Source: Folioceros fuciformis (taxonomy: Eukaryota). Taken from it: 64,000 nucleotides of DNA. Made by a program: the position numbers and the translations under genes. The DNA lies in contig JBNGIO010005803.1 in assembly GCA_049999805.1 (NCBI GenBank), positions 77,203 through 141,202 on the forward strand. Direction: 5' to 3'. Positions 9,072 through 24,000 of the stretch are shown here, in pieces; position 1 is the first letter of the stretch, and each line of letters begins with the position of its first letter. Below the pieces are notes generated by a model, which worked only from the letters and a program-made list of their open reading frames with translations, did no database searches and was not told the DNA's origin.

Positions 9072-12000
9072 TTAAAGAAGCAACAGGGCATGCAAAACTA
9101 GGGGCACAAATGCATTATCAAGTTGGGTAGTGAAAGCCTCCAGCAGTGCCGCTCCTGTAACGGCCCCAATCATTGACCACAACTGGAAAAATACATGTGT
9201 CAGAGTCGAAACAGCCTACAGCCTACCAGAAAACTCCTGCTGAAATTTGCTTCTCGATCTAGATGTTTTAAAAGAAAATGAAAACAAACCTGGAGAAGAA
9301 ATATTCAGCAAGGGTTCTGAAATGGTGAGTTACCTGACGTGTTGTGATGCTTTGCATCAGAAGGCAAGAGAGCAAACTACAGGCTAACAGCATGGAAACT
9401 ATTCCCCCCATTGTTCCTTCGATCGTCTTCCCTGCAAACATTGGAAGGTTCTCTTCAATACTGGACGCAGGGATAGAACAACCGTGAAAGCAAATCAAAG
9501 GCGACGATGGGAAACAGCGAGCATACTATTGGTCTTGCTCAATTGGATTCTGCCGTAGTTCACACCTACCAGAGATGCCTAAGAGCAAAGCAACGCTCTA
9601 GTGTCAATTGAGAGCGTAGACAAATCTCAGCCACGTCACAGCACCTGATCACGCCGAGCACAGAACGTACCATTGTGTCGCCAATACCAAGACTCAATAT
9701 CCCTGCGTAAGGTGCTAAACAAAAATCTCCTGATTTGTTGAGCCAAAGAGGCAGTGCACAACCGACCAAAAGTGAAAAGTGACTGCACACAAAAAATCCC
9801 AGTTTATGTGTTAACTACAGAGCTCTGAGGCTTGTCGTCCTGGCAGTGGACTTGCGCCTTGTTTCACCTGATGATCAGAAGGTCTGAATCTCGATTGTCA
9901 GTGAAACCTTTCATGAACTGGTGAACCCATTCCCCTATTGGCGGTAACCGCCAAACCTGCAATGAAATGTACCATGGAAAGGCTCTTAGCTACCACGCCA
10001 GGAAGGACACAAACTCAAACACAGAAGCTCGGAAGAAAAACACTTACCCTGACCATCTCGACTACAACAAAGCCAGCAAACGCTACACCAAACGCAAGTC
10101 GAAGGAAGTCAGGCTGCAAAGACAGACATTGTTGCAATAAGGCAGACAACCTGCTGTACGGCGAAAGGAACGAGTAGCTAGTCGTACTTAGGGAAATAGT
10201 GCAGCCCACGTTCAACTCAAGTTGACTAACGTGATAGTAGGATACGTACCTGAAGCAGAAGCCCAGGCGTGAAAAGAACCACTGCCAATACATGATAGTA
10301 CTTGCGCACAATAATTGTTGCAACTTTCCCGCGCTTAGCGACCCTCAGAATTAGGCTAATTGATGCAATTAAAGTGACCCCCCAGAAGAGGCAGAGAACG
10401 AACCTCTGCCAGAATTCTTCCAAAATGAAATTGAAAATCCTGCTCATAAACATTGCAAAGCTGTTGCACGATCTCATTCCTGAAGCATACTTCGAAGAAT
10501 GCTGAAAGTGTCAGCTTACCAATGTAACAGGTGTTGCTGATGGCCTGTAACAGCTCCGAACCACATAGGTACAAAAATCATGAAAATCACGGCAAGTGCA
10601 ATAACAAATAGAACTGAATTCCCAGCATATGTCGTTTGGGGACTTCCAATTGCTGCACTTCTAGTTCTTGGGGTATCCAGGCCAAGTGTTACAACACTAA
10701 CCAGGACTCTGAAAAGCCATGGTACAAGCAGCAACCCCAGCGTGAGTGCCTGTTCACATTCACTGCTTGGTCATGTTCTAGCCACCTTTTCAAAACAAGA
10801 TAGAAATATCGAGTTGGAAGATCAAGAGTGACAGTTGAGGCTGCTTTTCACAATCCAATGGTCCGATGTGCACCTGCAAAAGAGCATTTACTACGTCCAA
10901 CCGTCCATCCCCAACTCCATAACCGTGATTGAGAAGACGCTTGAATCTCCCTACCTGAAAGGCGGTGTTACCACGAACAGTTAGCGTACTTGTCTATACA
11001 GGACATCTTACAACCTCAAGATGGCTGCACTGTAATGGACAAGATCTTCTAGATGAACCTTGCTCAAAGCATATGCACTTGCATTGCCCAGATACAGGAC
11101 AAGTCCTTCAGCCACTAACAAAGCCTCACCTTTAACAAAACAGATCGGATACATAAGCAGTGACATCATATGAAGAGCAACCGCGAAAGAAACGTTGAGC
11201 ACACAACCCAGGCAGGGCAGAAACGAACAAAGCAACAGTCCACAAAAGAACTCACAGAAAGAAGTAAAAACCTGGTGTTGCACAACCGGGGAAGGTTTCC
11301 AAGACGTACATGAACACAAACTTGCATGCGGCTGACAGTAACAAGATCCAACCGAAGCCGAATACTCCGAGCCCTACTCAAAAGTCGAACAAAAGCAAAG
11401 TTTACAGAATGCAGGATTTAAACCGAGGCCTACAGTGCCAATCGGCTCATCAAGACACTACCTGATTGTGGTCGGGGCAAGAGAGAGGACAGTAGAAAAG
11501 TAGCCAGACATAACAGAAGCTCCACGTCCACAGTGGGTGGACAAGTGCAGCGCCAATCTCCTATTCTCTTTGTAATCAAATTCTCTTTTTTCTGTGTGCG
11601 CTTCCAAGAGATGTCAGCAGAACAGAGCGCCAACCTGAAACTGCAGCAGGTAGCAATCCAGAACTGGAACTTAAGTGTCTCAACTCCTGCAACAAGAACG
11701 GAGAAAGTTGAGCAGTCTTTCATCATGAGAGATGAGCGAGTGTATCAGCTTCGTGGCCATCGTTCAAAATCTCAACCTCCAATCATGGAGGAGTCCGAAA
11801 TCTCACCTGCGAATTCAGAAGAGGAATTCCTCAAGGACTGAACAGCACGAGCAGCAAACTCAATAGGCAACGTCAGAGCTCCCAACAGAACCCCCGACGA
11901 AGGATCCAACCTGCCGATGAATCAACCGATCAACATGTAGAGGACTTTTGCAATTCATGGACCAAACATAATGCGCAAGAAGAATTGCAAGCTCCGACAC

Positions 12001-12205
12001 ACACTGACCTGGGTTTCAACGTTTGCAAACTGCTTCTGAAAATTCCAGAATCCACTGCTCCTGCAACCGCACTGAGCAAGAGCAGTCCCCATTTCTCGCG
12101 TGATAGGGATACATTATCGACTGCAGATTGCAAGGCACATACCACCCTAGCAACTAGCATGAAAACTACGAACGTCTCCCTGGCCCGATCGGTAAACGTC
12201 CACAT
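9072..12205 (-). CDS. DOK1: Dolichol kinase (EVAN/DOK1-like), multi-exon
   Basis: Exons encode GEALLVAEGLVLY, IVRKYYHVLAV, HFSLLVGCALPLWL, YAGILSLGIGDTM, KTIEGT and C-terminal LLEAFTTQLDNAFVPL. ATG 12205, TAA 9074-9072. Confidence 0.93.
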
Positions 12206-12954
12206 TCCGTCGCACCGAAACTTTCCAACATTCGGTTTGCTTCTCGGCGCAGGCAGTAGCACTGAAACCTCAACTAAAACCTTTGGGACCGGCTCTTTTG
12301 TAAATCAGAGTGAAGGAAAGGGTACAAAACCTTATGTCCTATATCATACGAATGTAATATATATTATTTAAAGAGAGAGAGAAAATCTTTTCTATTGACC
12401 AGAACATGAGGAAGGATAATCCCAAGACCACCAAAAGTTTAAAAGGGTTGAATCTATTTAAATATGATTCTCTTAAATTTGTGATGTTAAATAATAAAAT
12501 GACAAAAGGCCTACCTACAGTCGATGTCAAAGAATTGGCTTGACCTACATATTTCATAAATGACAAAAGGCATACCTACAATCGATTCACCGGTCGTAGA
12601 AATTAGCCACTTAATCTACACTTTGTGGTTCTTCTAAAGAAGATCTACATTTGCCATTTTTTTAAAGACGACCTACACTTGTTATTGTTCTAAAGATAAT
12701 CTATACTTGTCACTATTTTAAAGACAATCTATACTTGTTGTAATTTTAAAGATGGGTGAAACATTTGTCACTGTTCTAAAGACCACATGAGTCAATGTCC
12801 TTTGCAAAGTGATGTTGAAAGAAGGCAATCATCAAGGAAAGACAGAGAACCATAATCCTATAACTATGCTACACCTTTGCACACTCCTACCACAAAGGAA
12901 AGAAGAAGAACCCCACTCCTATGACTATGATACATCTTCGTATATTCTTGCCCC

Positions 12955-13925
12955 ATAGATCTCAATTGCAAAGGAGGATGAAAACATGTTCGTCTTGCAA
13001 AGGGATATGTCATGTTGTGTTGCTAAACATTGTACTCATGCATGGTTCATTAGTTAACAATACTCACACCACACCACATTACACAAAAACAAAAACATGC
13101 TCGTCTTGCAAAGGGATATGTCATGCTGTGTAGCTAAACATTGTACTCATGCATGGTTCATGCAAAGGGATATGTCATGCTGTGTAGCTAAACATTGTAC
13201 TCATGCATGGTTCATTAGTTAACAATACTCACACCACACCACATTACACACATTACACGTTAGACACTGCATGATGGTGCTACAACTCTATAAAGAGTGA
13301 AGCGTTTGCTTCCTTCAGACACCACAAAATCTCTCCCACATTCACACTTCTTAAAGCTGTAACTTGACTTTTCAAATCCTTGATCAGGTCACATGATCTT
13401 GGGCAGTGTCTTTATAAAGAGTGAAGCGTTTGCTTCCTTCAAACACCACAAAATCTCCCCCACATCCACACTTCTCAAAGTTGTAACTTGGCTTTTCGAA
13501 TCCTTGATTGGGTCACATGATCTTGCACACTCCGCACATGCACACCTCAACCGGATTCCAACAAGAGAATGCTTCCTCAAGAGAAAGCCTATTCCCATAA
13601 AGCAAGAGAATACAAGCTTCCAACTATAGCGCACACTATTGAGCTAGGCTTTCGTGGCTTTTATGCCTATTACACCAGAGACTTGCTGCAGCCACCTCTA
13701 CATATCTCTAGATAGTTGTGTCTCTATTTAGTTGACTTTGTATTATATTATATTTTTTAATCATCTCCACTAATCAATTGCAAAGGGATGAAAACCTGTA
13801 AAGGATCTCAATTGCAAAAGCGATGACAACATGCTCATCTTGCAAGGGATCTCGATTGCAAAGAGATGAAAATATGCTCATCCTGTAAAGGATCTTAATT
13901 GCTAAGGGGATAAAAACATGCTCCT
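12955..13925. repeat. AT-rich intergenic block of nested direct repeats, probably transposon-derived
   Basis: gcaaagggatatgtcatg...catggttca occurs three times (12997-13215). A ~124-bp-period duplication sits at 13289-13400 / 13413-13525, and ~36-40-bp gatctcaattgcaaa units at 13770-13925. Confidence 0.75.
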
Positions 13926-15018
13926 ACTCCAAGGAAGAATACTTATGAACTTGGGTTGACCTTCTTCCTTTGGCTACCTAGACCACTTTAGGCCTAATAT
14001 GCCCTTACCATGGACACAATCCAACCACATGTGAAGGATCCAACTGAAAGGATGTGCTAATCACATGGGAAGGATCCAAGTGGAAGGAGGTCCTAACCAA
14101 TGGTATTCCATGTCATATGTCGGGCCAAATTGGGATTTGTACACTTTGCTAGCACAACCTTAGTCATCTTTGGACGGTATGTGATTTCACTGGCCAACTT
14201 CCATGAATGTGAATAACAGACCTTGCGAAATGTGGCAGTGGGCTACTCTTCTACAATGAAGAGGTCAGATCATACTTCCCGCTCCATTAGAGAAAAGAGG
14301 GTGCTCCCATGTGGCGACCAAAAACGGTGTGCTGCGTAGGCCACGGCCCTTCTGGCCAACGGTGTGGAATGTTCATCAATAGGTGGGCGGGTGCCTTCGT
14401 CAACAGATCTTGAGGAATCAAGTACAGTATACTTTACTTTTCCTCAAGCATACTTTAATCTGTTCGAACTGGGATCCCACGAGCAGTACATACTTTTACT
14501 GTACAGTAAGATATAATGGCAGAACTACCCTGGCACACCTACCCAAGACTGGCACACCTACCCAAGCCTGGCACAACTACCCGACCCAACCGGAACTGCA
14601 GAACTGTCATGTACAAAACGAGTGTATGCCTTCCCTACTCCGCACTGCCCCAACAACCCGAGAAAGCCACTAGCTATCTCTAAAGATACAAAGAGACATG
14701 ACCCCAGGACACCAACCTGTATCAGACACCTGCCCTACTTACTCAGGGTCCAGTTCCAAATTAGAAGAACTGCGGGCTGAAAATTCCGGTCGAGTCCCTG
14801 CACAAAGCCGGGAGACAAACTCAAACAGCAAGAAGAGGGAACAACAGTTGAACAGATGAGACAGGAATACATCTCAACTCTGGACCAGACTCAGTAGATG
14901 CTCCACTCACCAAGCAAGCTTTCGCAAACATGGCTTCTAACCTGCAGGCATGCTCGAATTCGCTAACTTCAAATATGGTCCAGGTCCTTGCTGTGGAAGT
15001 TACATGAGGGACCACAGA

Positions 15019-18000
15019 CTACCAGAAAGGACACCACCTGCGCAAACGGAGGCATGGATTAGGAATCCAAACAAAACATCCCCCAAAAACGTGGATAGCA
15101 ATGTTTGCTCAATACGTACCCAACGTAGCTCTGACACAAGTTTTCGTGAGACCTGGCTTGTGCAATCAGCTTTTGGACTTGCTCCTGGACGCTCAGACTT
15201 GGTTCAGCATCGCGGCCATCCACCACTGCGGCATTTGGTGCCCCAGGTTCGGTTACGCCAGGAACTGACGTAACCACACCTGGACTTAACGGAGCTGATG
15301 CAAAATCTCGACCAGTAAGCTTGTGCTTCATACGAGCCATAACTTGCACAGCTCGCACATTCAGAACTTCGTTTGCGTCCCCAAGTTGACCGACTGCCTG
15401 CATCCATACGTGGTATCACATCCTTAAGATCGGCTTCAATCACTTGCGGGCTTGGTTCCCAATGAAGGACGTGACTGGTACATAGGCCAGTACCTCTCGT
15501 AGTTCCCGCTCCCGAAGAACTCTTCCTGGAGGAGAAGGGGGGTTCTCGGCTATTTCACCGAGGCCAACTCCTCCAGTTCTTGCGTTTGTTGCCTGGTTTG
15601 TTGCTCCGCCAGTGACCTCATTGAGAGTAAACAGTCGCCAATTTATCAGAGGATCATGGACGAAAGCCTGCAAAGGGACTAAGAGTGATCAGAGACTGCA
15701 CAAACTATTTCTTTGACTCGTACAGCATGAGACCTCAACAGCGGAAACAAACTGCATCCAGCAGGTCCAGAACCCACCTCCATCATTGCCATTACGCTGT
15801 CTCTTTCTGACCGAAGTACTTGCATGACGTTCTCACAAGTTGTCTTGAAATTTCCCTCAATGCCACTGACCTCCATGGCTTTCACAAGCATGCGAGTCAG
15901 ACGGAAAGGAACCTGATTAAACACACAGATCAGATATATGACAGACGAGACCAGGGTCTTCGCCACCACTTACCTAAGAGACATCAGGCAAGGTAAACGA
16001 CATTGCTAAGCGGACGAACCTTTTCTGGAAACTTTTCTCTGTTCATGGATGCTTCAAAGCAGTCCCCAAAATCAATGTGCAAGATCTTCCCACTGAGATC
16101 AGAAAGCACCGTCAACTTGCTATAAGCAACATCTCCAACAGCTGACACAGGATGTGAAAGGAATTACTACACACCTGAATCTATCCAGCATAAGGTTGCT
16201 GGGATGGCGGTCACCCAGACCCAGCAGGTAACCCACCTAGTAACCAACATGACCAGAATCAGTTGGACCCCCAAAAACAGCATACAGTACAAGGTGAACC
16301 AAACTGGGAAATCATGCTACAAACCATGCTCATAACAGCCAGGCTCCTTGTATAGTTTGTTCGCCGATCTAGCCAAACTTCTGAACTGCGGCTCTTAAGC
16401 CACAAAACCTGCATGTACAAAGAGTACACACTTAATCAACCTGAACAGCGAGTTGACGTTCATTCAAAACATCACCACCTTCCATGAAAGCTAACCTTTG
16501 CCAGGTCGTCCCCAACAGTGTTATCTAGAGCATGTTCAAACACTTCCACTTTTGCCATCAACGTGAGATGCTCATAATCTGGGGCAAAAGCAACCATAAG
16601 TCTGTGCTCCACGTTGACTAGTACCTGCCAGCAAGGGAACGAGAGTTAAGCTCTCTCACACAAATCATGAGTGCCACCTTCAAATCCAGCCACGGAAGAG
16701 AACTATTAACCTTGCGTGCATCCCTGTATTCCCGGATGAGATGGTGCAATGTATCACAATTGGGTACCCAGCCAATAAGTCCACTGTTGGGAGATAAGGG
16801 TATAACAGAGTACCGCTGAATAGAAAGATACTTCTCTGCAGTACTCCTTGCATTGCCAAGCAGCGTGTTTACCAGCCCAAAGAGCTGTAAAAGACGTCAT
16901 GCCAAACATGAGATCCTCCTGCACAGGAATCAAAACAACAGAACCCAATGCTTCGAGAGATAGTACAGTACCTGCATGACACGCTCATCCTGGCGCAGAT
17001 CCTCATGACCTTTTAACAAGAAAACATATTCTACACCATCACTTCCATGAATTGTCAACTTTCTTGGTCGCTGTTTAGATGTGATCACAATCAGCTGCGG
17101 GGCGAACTCTCGTATTGTAATAAGATCTGGATCTGCGGGGAAAAAAGGAACGCAGAGCAAATTAAGCGTACAGCCAACACAAGTCAGAATACGAGGAGGC
17201 ACAAAAATTGGACAGGTTGCAAGCAACAAACCACTCCGATAGGTTCCAGGGACAGCGAGCTCCAGATCACGAGCAGATACCAATGCAGGTGAGACGTGCT
17301 GTAGGAAACACCACAGCATGAGAATACTTGCCCAACCTACCACCAAGTCCAGTTATTCAATAGCCATGAAAACAAGAATTATGTAGGCAAACCTGTAACT
17401 CAAGTGTTGTGAGGCCTGGAAGCTGCTTGTTGATGCGCCTGAAAACATGGTAATACAAATCCCAGGCCTGCAAGAAGCACCCGAACAGATGAAATTGACT
17501 TGCAACCAGAAGAGAATCCATATCCTCTCCCAAAATTCAGATGCCTGCCATTTTGGACAGCAGACAACTTCTTGACAAACCTGAGTAAGCTCAGCCTCCT
17601 TTCCTGTCCGCCGGAACTTATTGCAGCACTCGTTAGCTTCTTGCAACTCATGCCCATAGTCCTGCAAGTTATAACAGACGGCAATGTTCAGCTCATGCGA
17701 AGATCCCATGTAAGCACTCACCGAATTTGAGTGCACAACAGCTAGCACAAAAGACGGACTGCAACAAGGGCCAACAATTTTTGCAGCCCACTCTACCATG
17801 AAAACGAGACTGATGAGGCTACTCACATACACACTTTAACATGTAGAACCTCACATCACCTGAATAAATGCCTCCTCTTTGTTTGTAGCTCGTAAGGGTC
17901 CTTCTGTACTGAGAATTTCATGCAAAGGCCTCAGCGCATTTAACATTGCATCTACATTATGTTCACCAAAGTACAAACGGCTGGCCTCCTCAAGTGCTTC

Positions 18001-21000
18001 ATGCCACATCTCATGCCACAAAATGGCAACACGAATGAGCTCCTTGGAGACCAACTGGGCCTGCAGACATCAATCAACGCGGGTCTATCAGAATAACTAA
18101 CCAAGTCCTGGGAGGTGACCATCTTTCGAGGGTTATTCAATCTGAACACGCCTTCCATGCCCAAGAAAAAAGAAACTGTTTGAAGTAAAACCAGGACATC
18201 AAAAGCCGCTTTCGTATCCCGCAAAGGACTCTACCTGCTCCACAAGTTTGCCACGTTCCTGCCGCACTTTGTCAACTACAGCAATGGCAGCATCACGCCG
18301 AGCTGGACTCAATGATTTACACGCCACAAGTAGTGGATACATCAAGGCCTGTTGACCCCAAATGTTAGAACAAAAAACATTGACATGATTTTGAAATTCT
18401 CAATCTTGCATCGTCTGACCTGAGGGTGCCTGTGACCAACGCTCACAAGCAAGGACTGGGTAAGTTCATGGACTGCAGGAATGTGAGAGTGGATGCGAGC
18501 GATAATTTGCGGGAGTACGACAAGCCACGTGTCGATGCTTATCATTTCAAGTCCAGCGTGCAATGCATCTTGAACTTCTGCCGATGCTCCATGTGTAAAC
18601 CAAAGAGTAAGGAGCCTCAAGATATCCTGCCAAAAGAAACTGTATGAGAGCTACGAAACTGTATGAGGGCTACATTTTTCGTTCATGTCCCTTCCGGAAA
18701 CTGAAAGCCAGGTAAAGTACTTCACGCACTGAAGACTTCAGGAGCAAACCTGCAGACTATCATCGCTGCTTTTCATGCTGGAGGCCTTTGAGATGGACTG
18801 AAAGTAGCCCGTGACAGCTGCCACAAGATGCTTTGCAGCTGCTGCTGGACAATCCCTCGTGTTGTAACGGTTCATAACTTCAGTGTTAAAATAAGCCCAT
18901 TTGTGCCAAGCTTTTGCCCACTCACTGGATTGCTCAGTTGCACTTTTGAACTTTAAAAGAATACCTGGAAGAAGAGCACGCAAACTTAGACTATTTCTGG
19001 GATTACACACAAAGTACAACAAGGAGTACTTTGAAAGTTTCAACTGACCTTGGATGGCACTCTCCTCAAGACCAGGGTGAAGAGCCCACTGCCAGGCGCC
19101 AAGTTTCAGGAAGATACGGGCAAGAAGACTTGCCTTCCCATGATGTGTATTCCCATACTGATGAAACAAAGCTGGGTTTGACGCATTTGATGGATCACTT
19201 AGGCGGGCACATAATCCCTGAAAGGCGTACAGAAGAGTTCCACATCAGCCATCAAACAAAAGCTGATAAAAACGTGATAGCACAAGTGACACTACCTCCA
19301 GGCCTCGAAAGGCTTCACGTTGTTTTGGCTCTTCTCCAAGAGACCACTGGTACTTGTAATACCCCAGCATGACTTCCGGTGCACTTGCATAGACTAGCCC
19401 ATCTTGCGGAGGAGAATCTGGATCATACTGCAACAGGCGAGCAGCCATGAGACTATGGCACCCTGGTCCCGTGCCCTGATAGAAAACAAAGTCACATGTA
19501 TGCACCTTCAGAAGCTTAACCAGAGTTGCTCGGGCTTGCCCAATTCGACCGCTCTTACGGCATAAAGAGGAAAACTTCAGCCAAGTGCTGATATCCTCTT
19601 CAGGCGGTAGTACCAACGTTCGGACGGATAGAAGCGCTTGCCATACCTGCAACACGTACAGCAGAAAAAACGAAGGTTATATTGTCAAGGAAGACGGGGC
19701 CATTGTTTGCCACTGTTTGGTAGTCACATTCCTATGCTAGCAGTACTAGCGTACCTCCACTTTTCTCTTTGTCCCGTGGATACGATCAGACCACATCTTC
19801 CGGATTAACCCCTTCCTACTCACACTTTCATCTTTTAGCAAACTGTAATCCATAACCTGTATCCCATCAAGGCAGTTAAGAATCTCAAACTGAGAAACCC
19901 AGACACATTTCCTGGAACAGCAGGCAAAACAGAATAAAGCGACGGCTGCTCACTTCCTCCAGTTCCACAAGCTGCTGTATCCGGACCATGTTAGTGTACG
20001 CCCGATCATAACTCTCCAAGACCTGCATATGGCCCGGGAAACTGATGAGTACTTAATGTTTAACTCAAGTATGATCAGACCGCTCAACAAAGATTATATC
20101 AATGAGGATTACCAAGGCCGCAACTTCAGTAGCCAGGATCTTCCTCGCATTTTCAATGTACACTTTAGCTTCATTGTACTGCAAGAAAAAACAGGGTAAA
20201 TTACAAACACCTGCAGGACATACAGGAGAACAGAGACGACGTTGGGTATCACAAGCTGTTTGTTGTTGTGACCTGCCAATCACTGTACCTCGTCCTCAAG
20301 CTTCTGTTCAGCTTCTCGTTTACTGGAGAAGTAAGTCTTCCACTTGTCTTCCCTGATCATCCTGGCAATCTCCTCTCCATGGTGCACTCTCATGACTGCT
20401 CGGAAGAAAGCTCCATCACTTGCACCACTGTCAGAAGTAACGGTTGGGGGAAGAGTCTGGGACGCCAAAAGAACGCTAACATCATCCTCATCTCCAAGGA
20501 GTTGGACATAATCGTTCATTTCCTCCCATTTCCCCAAATTCCAGGCAGCACTGGCAGCCTGTTCGAGCAAAGCCAAAAATCCATCAATATTGAATGTCAC
20601 AAGAGGCTTGCCATTCAAATGAAGCAGGTGGAAACATTCACACAAACCATTGGTGCCATTTGCCTTCGGGCAGCCCCCTCTGACGCAGCCCATGATCTGC
20701 GACAAAGATCACTTAGCTCATCCCACCGGGCCAGGGCAGCCAAGCAGCGCATCTTCCCTAAAGGAAACGCAACAAAGGAAGTGAGCCGACTTTTGCTTCA
20801 GGCTTACCCACATTACAGAAGATGAGCATCAGCAGTAGCGCATCAACAGGTAACAAGAATGGCAAAGCTAAACCGGGTCTCTCATCCTTTGTTCTGCACC
20901 ACATACCAAGAGTGCGCTCAAGAACAGCGTGAGGATCCTCAACTTGCCAAGACCCCTCATACGCAGCCAGTGCCTCCTCCCAGCGCTGCAGCTTCTCATA

Positions 21001-24000
21001 CCTGTCATAACACACTTGTGAGACGAGAGTCGTACTGACAGATCCTGGGAGCCAACTGGAAAGAAACAACACGCAATCATATTACCATGATTCCTTCAGG
21101 TGATCACCCAAAACTGATTGCTGCCGTGCATATGTCAGTATGCCAACAGCAGCCTGCATTCAGCACCCGATATCACGAACAATGGAATTCTGAAAACTTT
21201 CTTCTCAAAAAAAGGCAGTTTCTTACTGGAGCATTGAGGAGTATCAGGCGACCAGACCCTTTACCTCATGCTGATTGAGCTGATTATTGATGTGAATTAG
21301 CGATTCAACAACAAGGCTGGGTTTTCCATCTTTGGCAACAGCTTGTAGTCCAGCGACAAGACCAGCAAATTCCACTTCCTTGTATCGCAAAGCTTTAGCA
21401 AATGCGTGGCACTGAAAACAACCAAATGCCTTTGAGCAAGACAGGGATGATCACGAGAGCAGATACACAAATTCAGGAGACGAATTGCACCGCGCAAGCC
21501 CATTTCACAGTGCAGAAATCAAAAACCTTTTCAGCAAGAGCACCCAGATTCCTGATGTCAATTGGAAGCTCCTTCTCATCATGTTCCATAAATTCAGCCT
21601 GTCATGACCGATTCATGCATTGAGTAGAGAGAAACCCAGACCGACCCTCTTAACTGTAGGGGAGGGGGGGGTGTTTCCTAACCAGGTTCAGAAGTGTCGC
21701 CAGTATCTCTGGGGGGATATTGGGTGACATGAAGGCACTGTTCAAGCTTCTCACAAGCTGGTCTTGATTAAGCTCATTAAGTTGCCCCCAACAACTCACA
21801 AACGCAGCAGCGAAAAGCTCCCTGGCCATGTAGGGCTGCAACAACGGACAGCGTACAAGAACTTGAGAATATGGACGAATAATGATGTCAAACACCTTGA
21901 TCAACAAGAAGTATGCCAATACCTGCACTTGCGCCAACCCTGCACAAGTGCGCAATGCTGGGGAGGGTGACTCCTTCAGTAACTCTACACTAAAATGCCG
22001 CATCCATTCTGACCAGTCATCCTTTGTGCTCCGCTTAGAAGTTTCCCACACATTTCGTAAATGCCCTTCGTTCATCTGCAGAAAGTTCACAACATAAAAT
22101 TCACAGTTCTTTCATACCTTGTGCTCAGCAAATCGAGGAAGCACTAACCTTCAAAGATCTGAAAGAGCCTGTTGCATCGAGCTCATAGCGCTCGGATTCA
22201 GAATCTACTCCATGCACAGAGCTCCCAGTCAAACTCATCCCATCCCCCATGGCTGTTACGGGAGACATTCGGTAGGAAAGATGCAATTCAGCAATAGGAT
22301 CTCTGCGGCGAAGTCGACGCTCTATCTCATCGAAGAGTGGATGCTACAAGGTCAGGGTGCAATGCAACTCATGTCAGAGCTAACACCAAATGAGAGGAAG
22401 AAGGAGAAAACAAGGCAATGAACCCGCACAAAGTCACACCTGCAGATGATGTTTCTGCAACAGATTTCTCACTGAAGAGATAAAAAGATAGAAATCTGAA
22501 CCCAGTGCTACGGCCAAAGCACAAAGAGCATCAACTGCATCCTTTCGCAGCTCATCAACCGTGCTGAAACAAGTTCACAAAAAATCAGAATGACAGAATG
22601 ACAGAGCTTACACACTCGCCATCAACATGCCTGACGTGAAGAAGGTTGAGATCAATGTGGAAAGATGGTTTTCAAAGAAATACAAAGATGGCTAGCATTC
22701 AAGAACCGGCAAGCTCACCCATCTAGTATTCTCATCAATGGATGTATCAAAGTGGATACGTGCCCAGACACCTGCATGACGGACCATACCGGGTTCAGTC
22801 AGTGACGGACAATCTAAATAGACTTGTTCACAATCACTCCACAAACAATCGACATTTGCTACCACGTGTTGAAGAAGCTCAATAGACGGCAGAAGTTCAA
22901 GCAAACATGGCGAACCTCAAAACAAGAATTTCGCCATACCTGCATGAAAGGTAAAAGATGGGACATAGTCCTCAGTGATGCTCGTTGTATCTCCAGTGAC
23001 GCATTAGATACATCTGGTGTGAAAAGCCTCACAAGCGCCGGAAGAACCAGGTGCAGATGATCATCCAAGCTTGCTGCACAGAATTGTGCAAACCCGGTCA
23101 AACACCATTGCATGCCACGTTTCACACACTAACTTGCTTAAGCAGCCAGTACTCACCACCAAACACTTCTAATGTCTGTAGAGCTTGAGGAACACACGCA
23201 GAATCAGGGTCATTCAGAAGTTGCAGACACCGTGGCAACAACTCTGGAAGGTAGGTGCGAAATTCATCATTCAGTGCCAGGCAGAGCTGTTGCACAAGAT
23301 TCAGAATCTGCAAACAGAGCCTCAGCTACATCAGCAATATGCTCAAAGAAAATATAGCAATGAGCAGCTTCTTGCAGAGATTCGTGTGAGGTACCTTTCT
23401 CATCCAGACAACGGTATTGCAAGCTGCTAGACCACCCTACTCCAGAGAATCACGTCAAACATACTACAGAGAAAGCTCTCACCGGAGAACCAGCACTCGG
23501 TCGAGAAGGTGCCGGAAGGATCATAGTTGTCCAGTAGTCGGAAATCAGAACAAGCACATCGTCAAGATGCTTGCGTATGTGCTGCATGACCAGCAGAAAC
23601 CTGGTTCAGCAAAACATAGAGGTCACCCACTGTCTGTGCATCTGTCAGATTCTATGCACCATACCTGCTTAACAATTGAGACTAGGATTGCCAGTTGCAG
23701 AACAATATACTCCCGCAGACTCTCATCACATGTACGAACAATTACAAGCAGATCCGGCATGACCTGATGTGACAAGGGAAAACAAACAGCAGCAGGTTAC
23801 GAAGGTGTAGAGGAACAATAGACAATGTACTACATGTAGCTTCCCACTCAGGCTACAGTAAGATGGAAAAGGGGTACTGCAATCCTCTCTGGGCAAAATT
23901 GCAGATGTATAAAAAGAAGTACAACACACATAACTCACTTTTGGAAGATAAGGCACGGAAGCTAGTCCCATGGCCTACCACACATAACATTTTTGGAGCG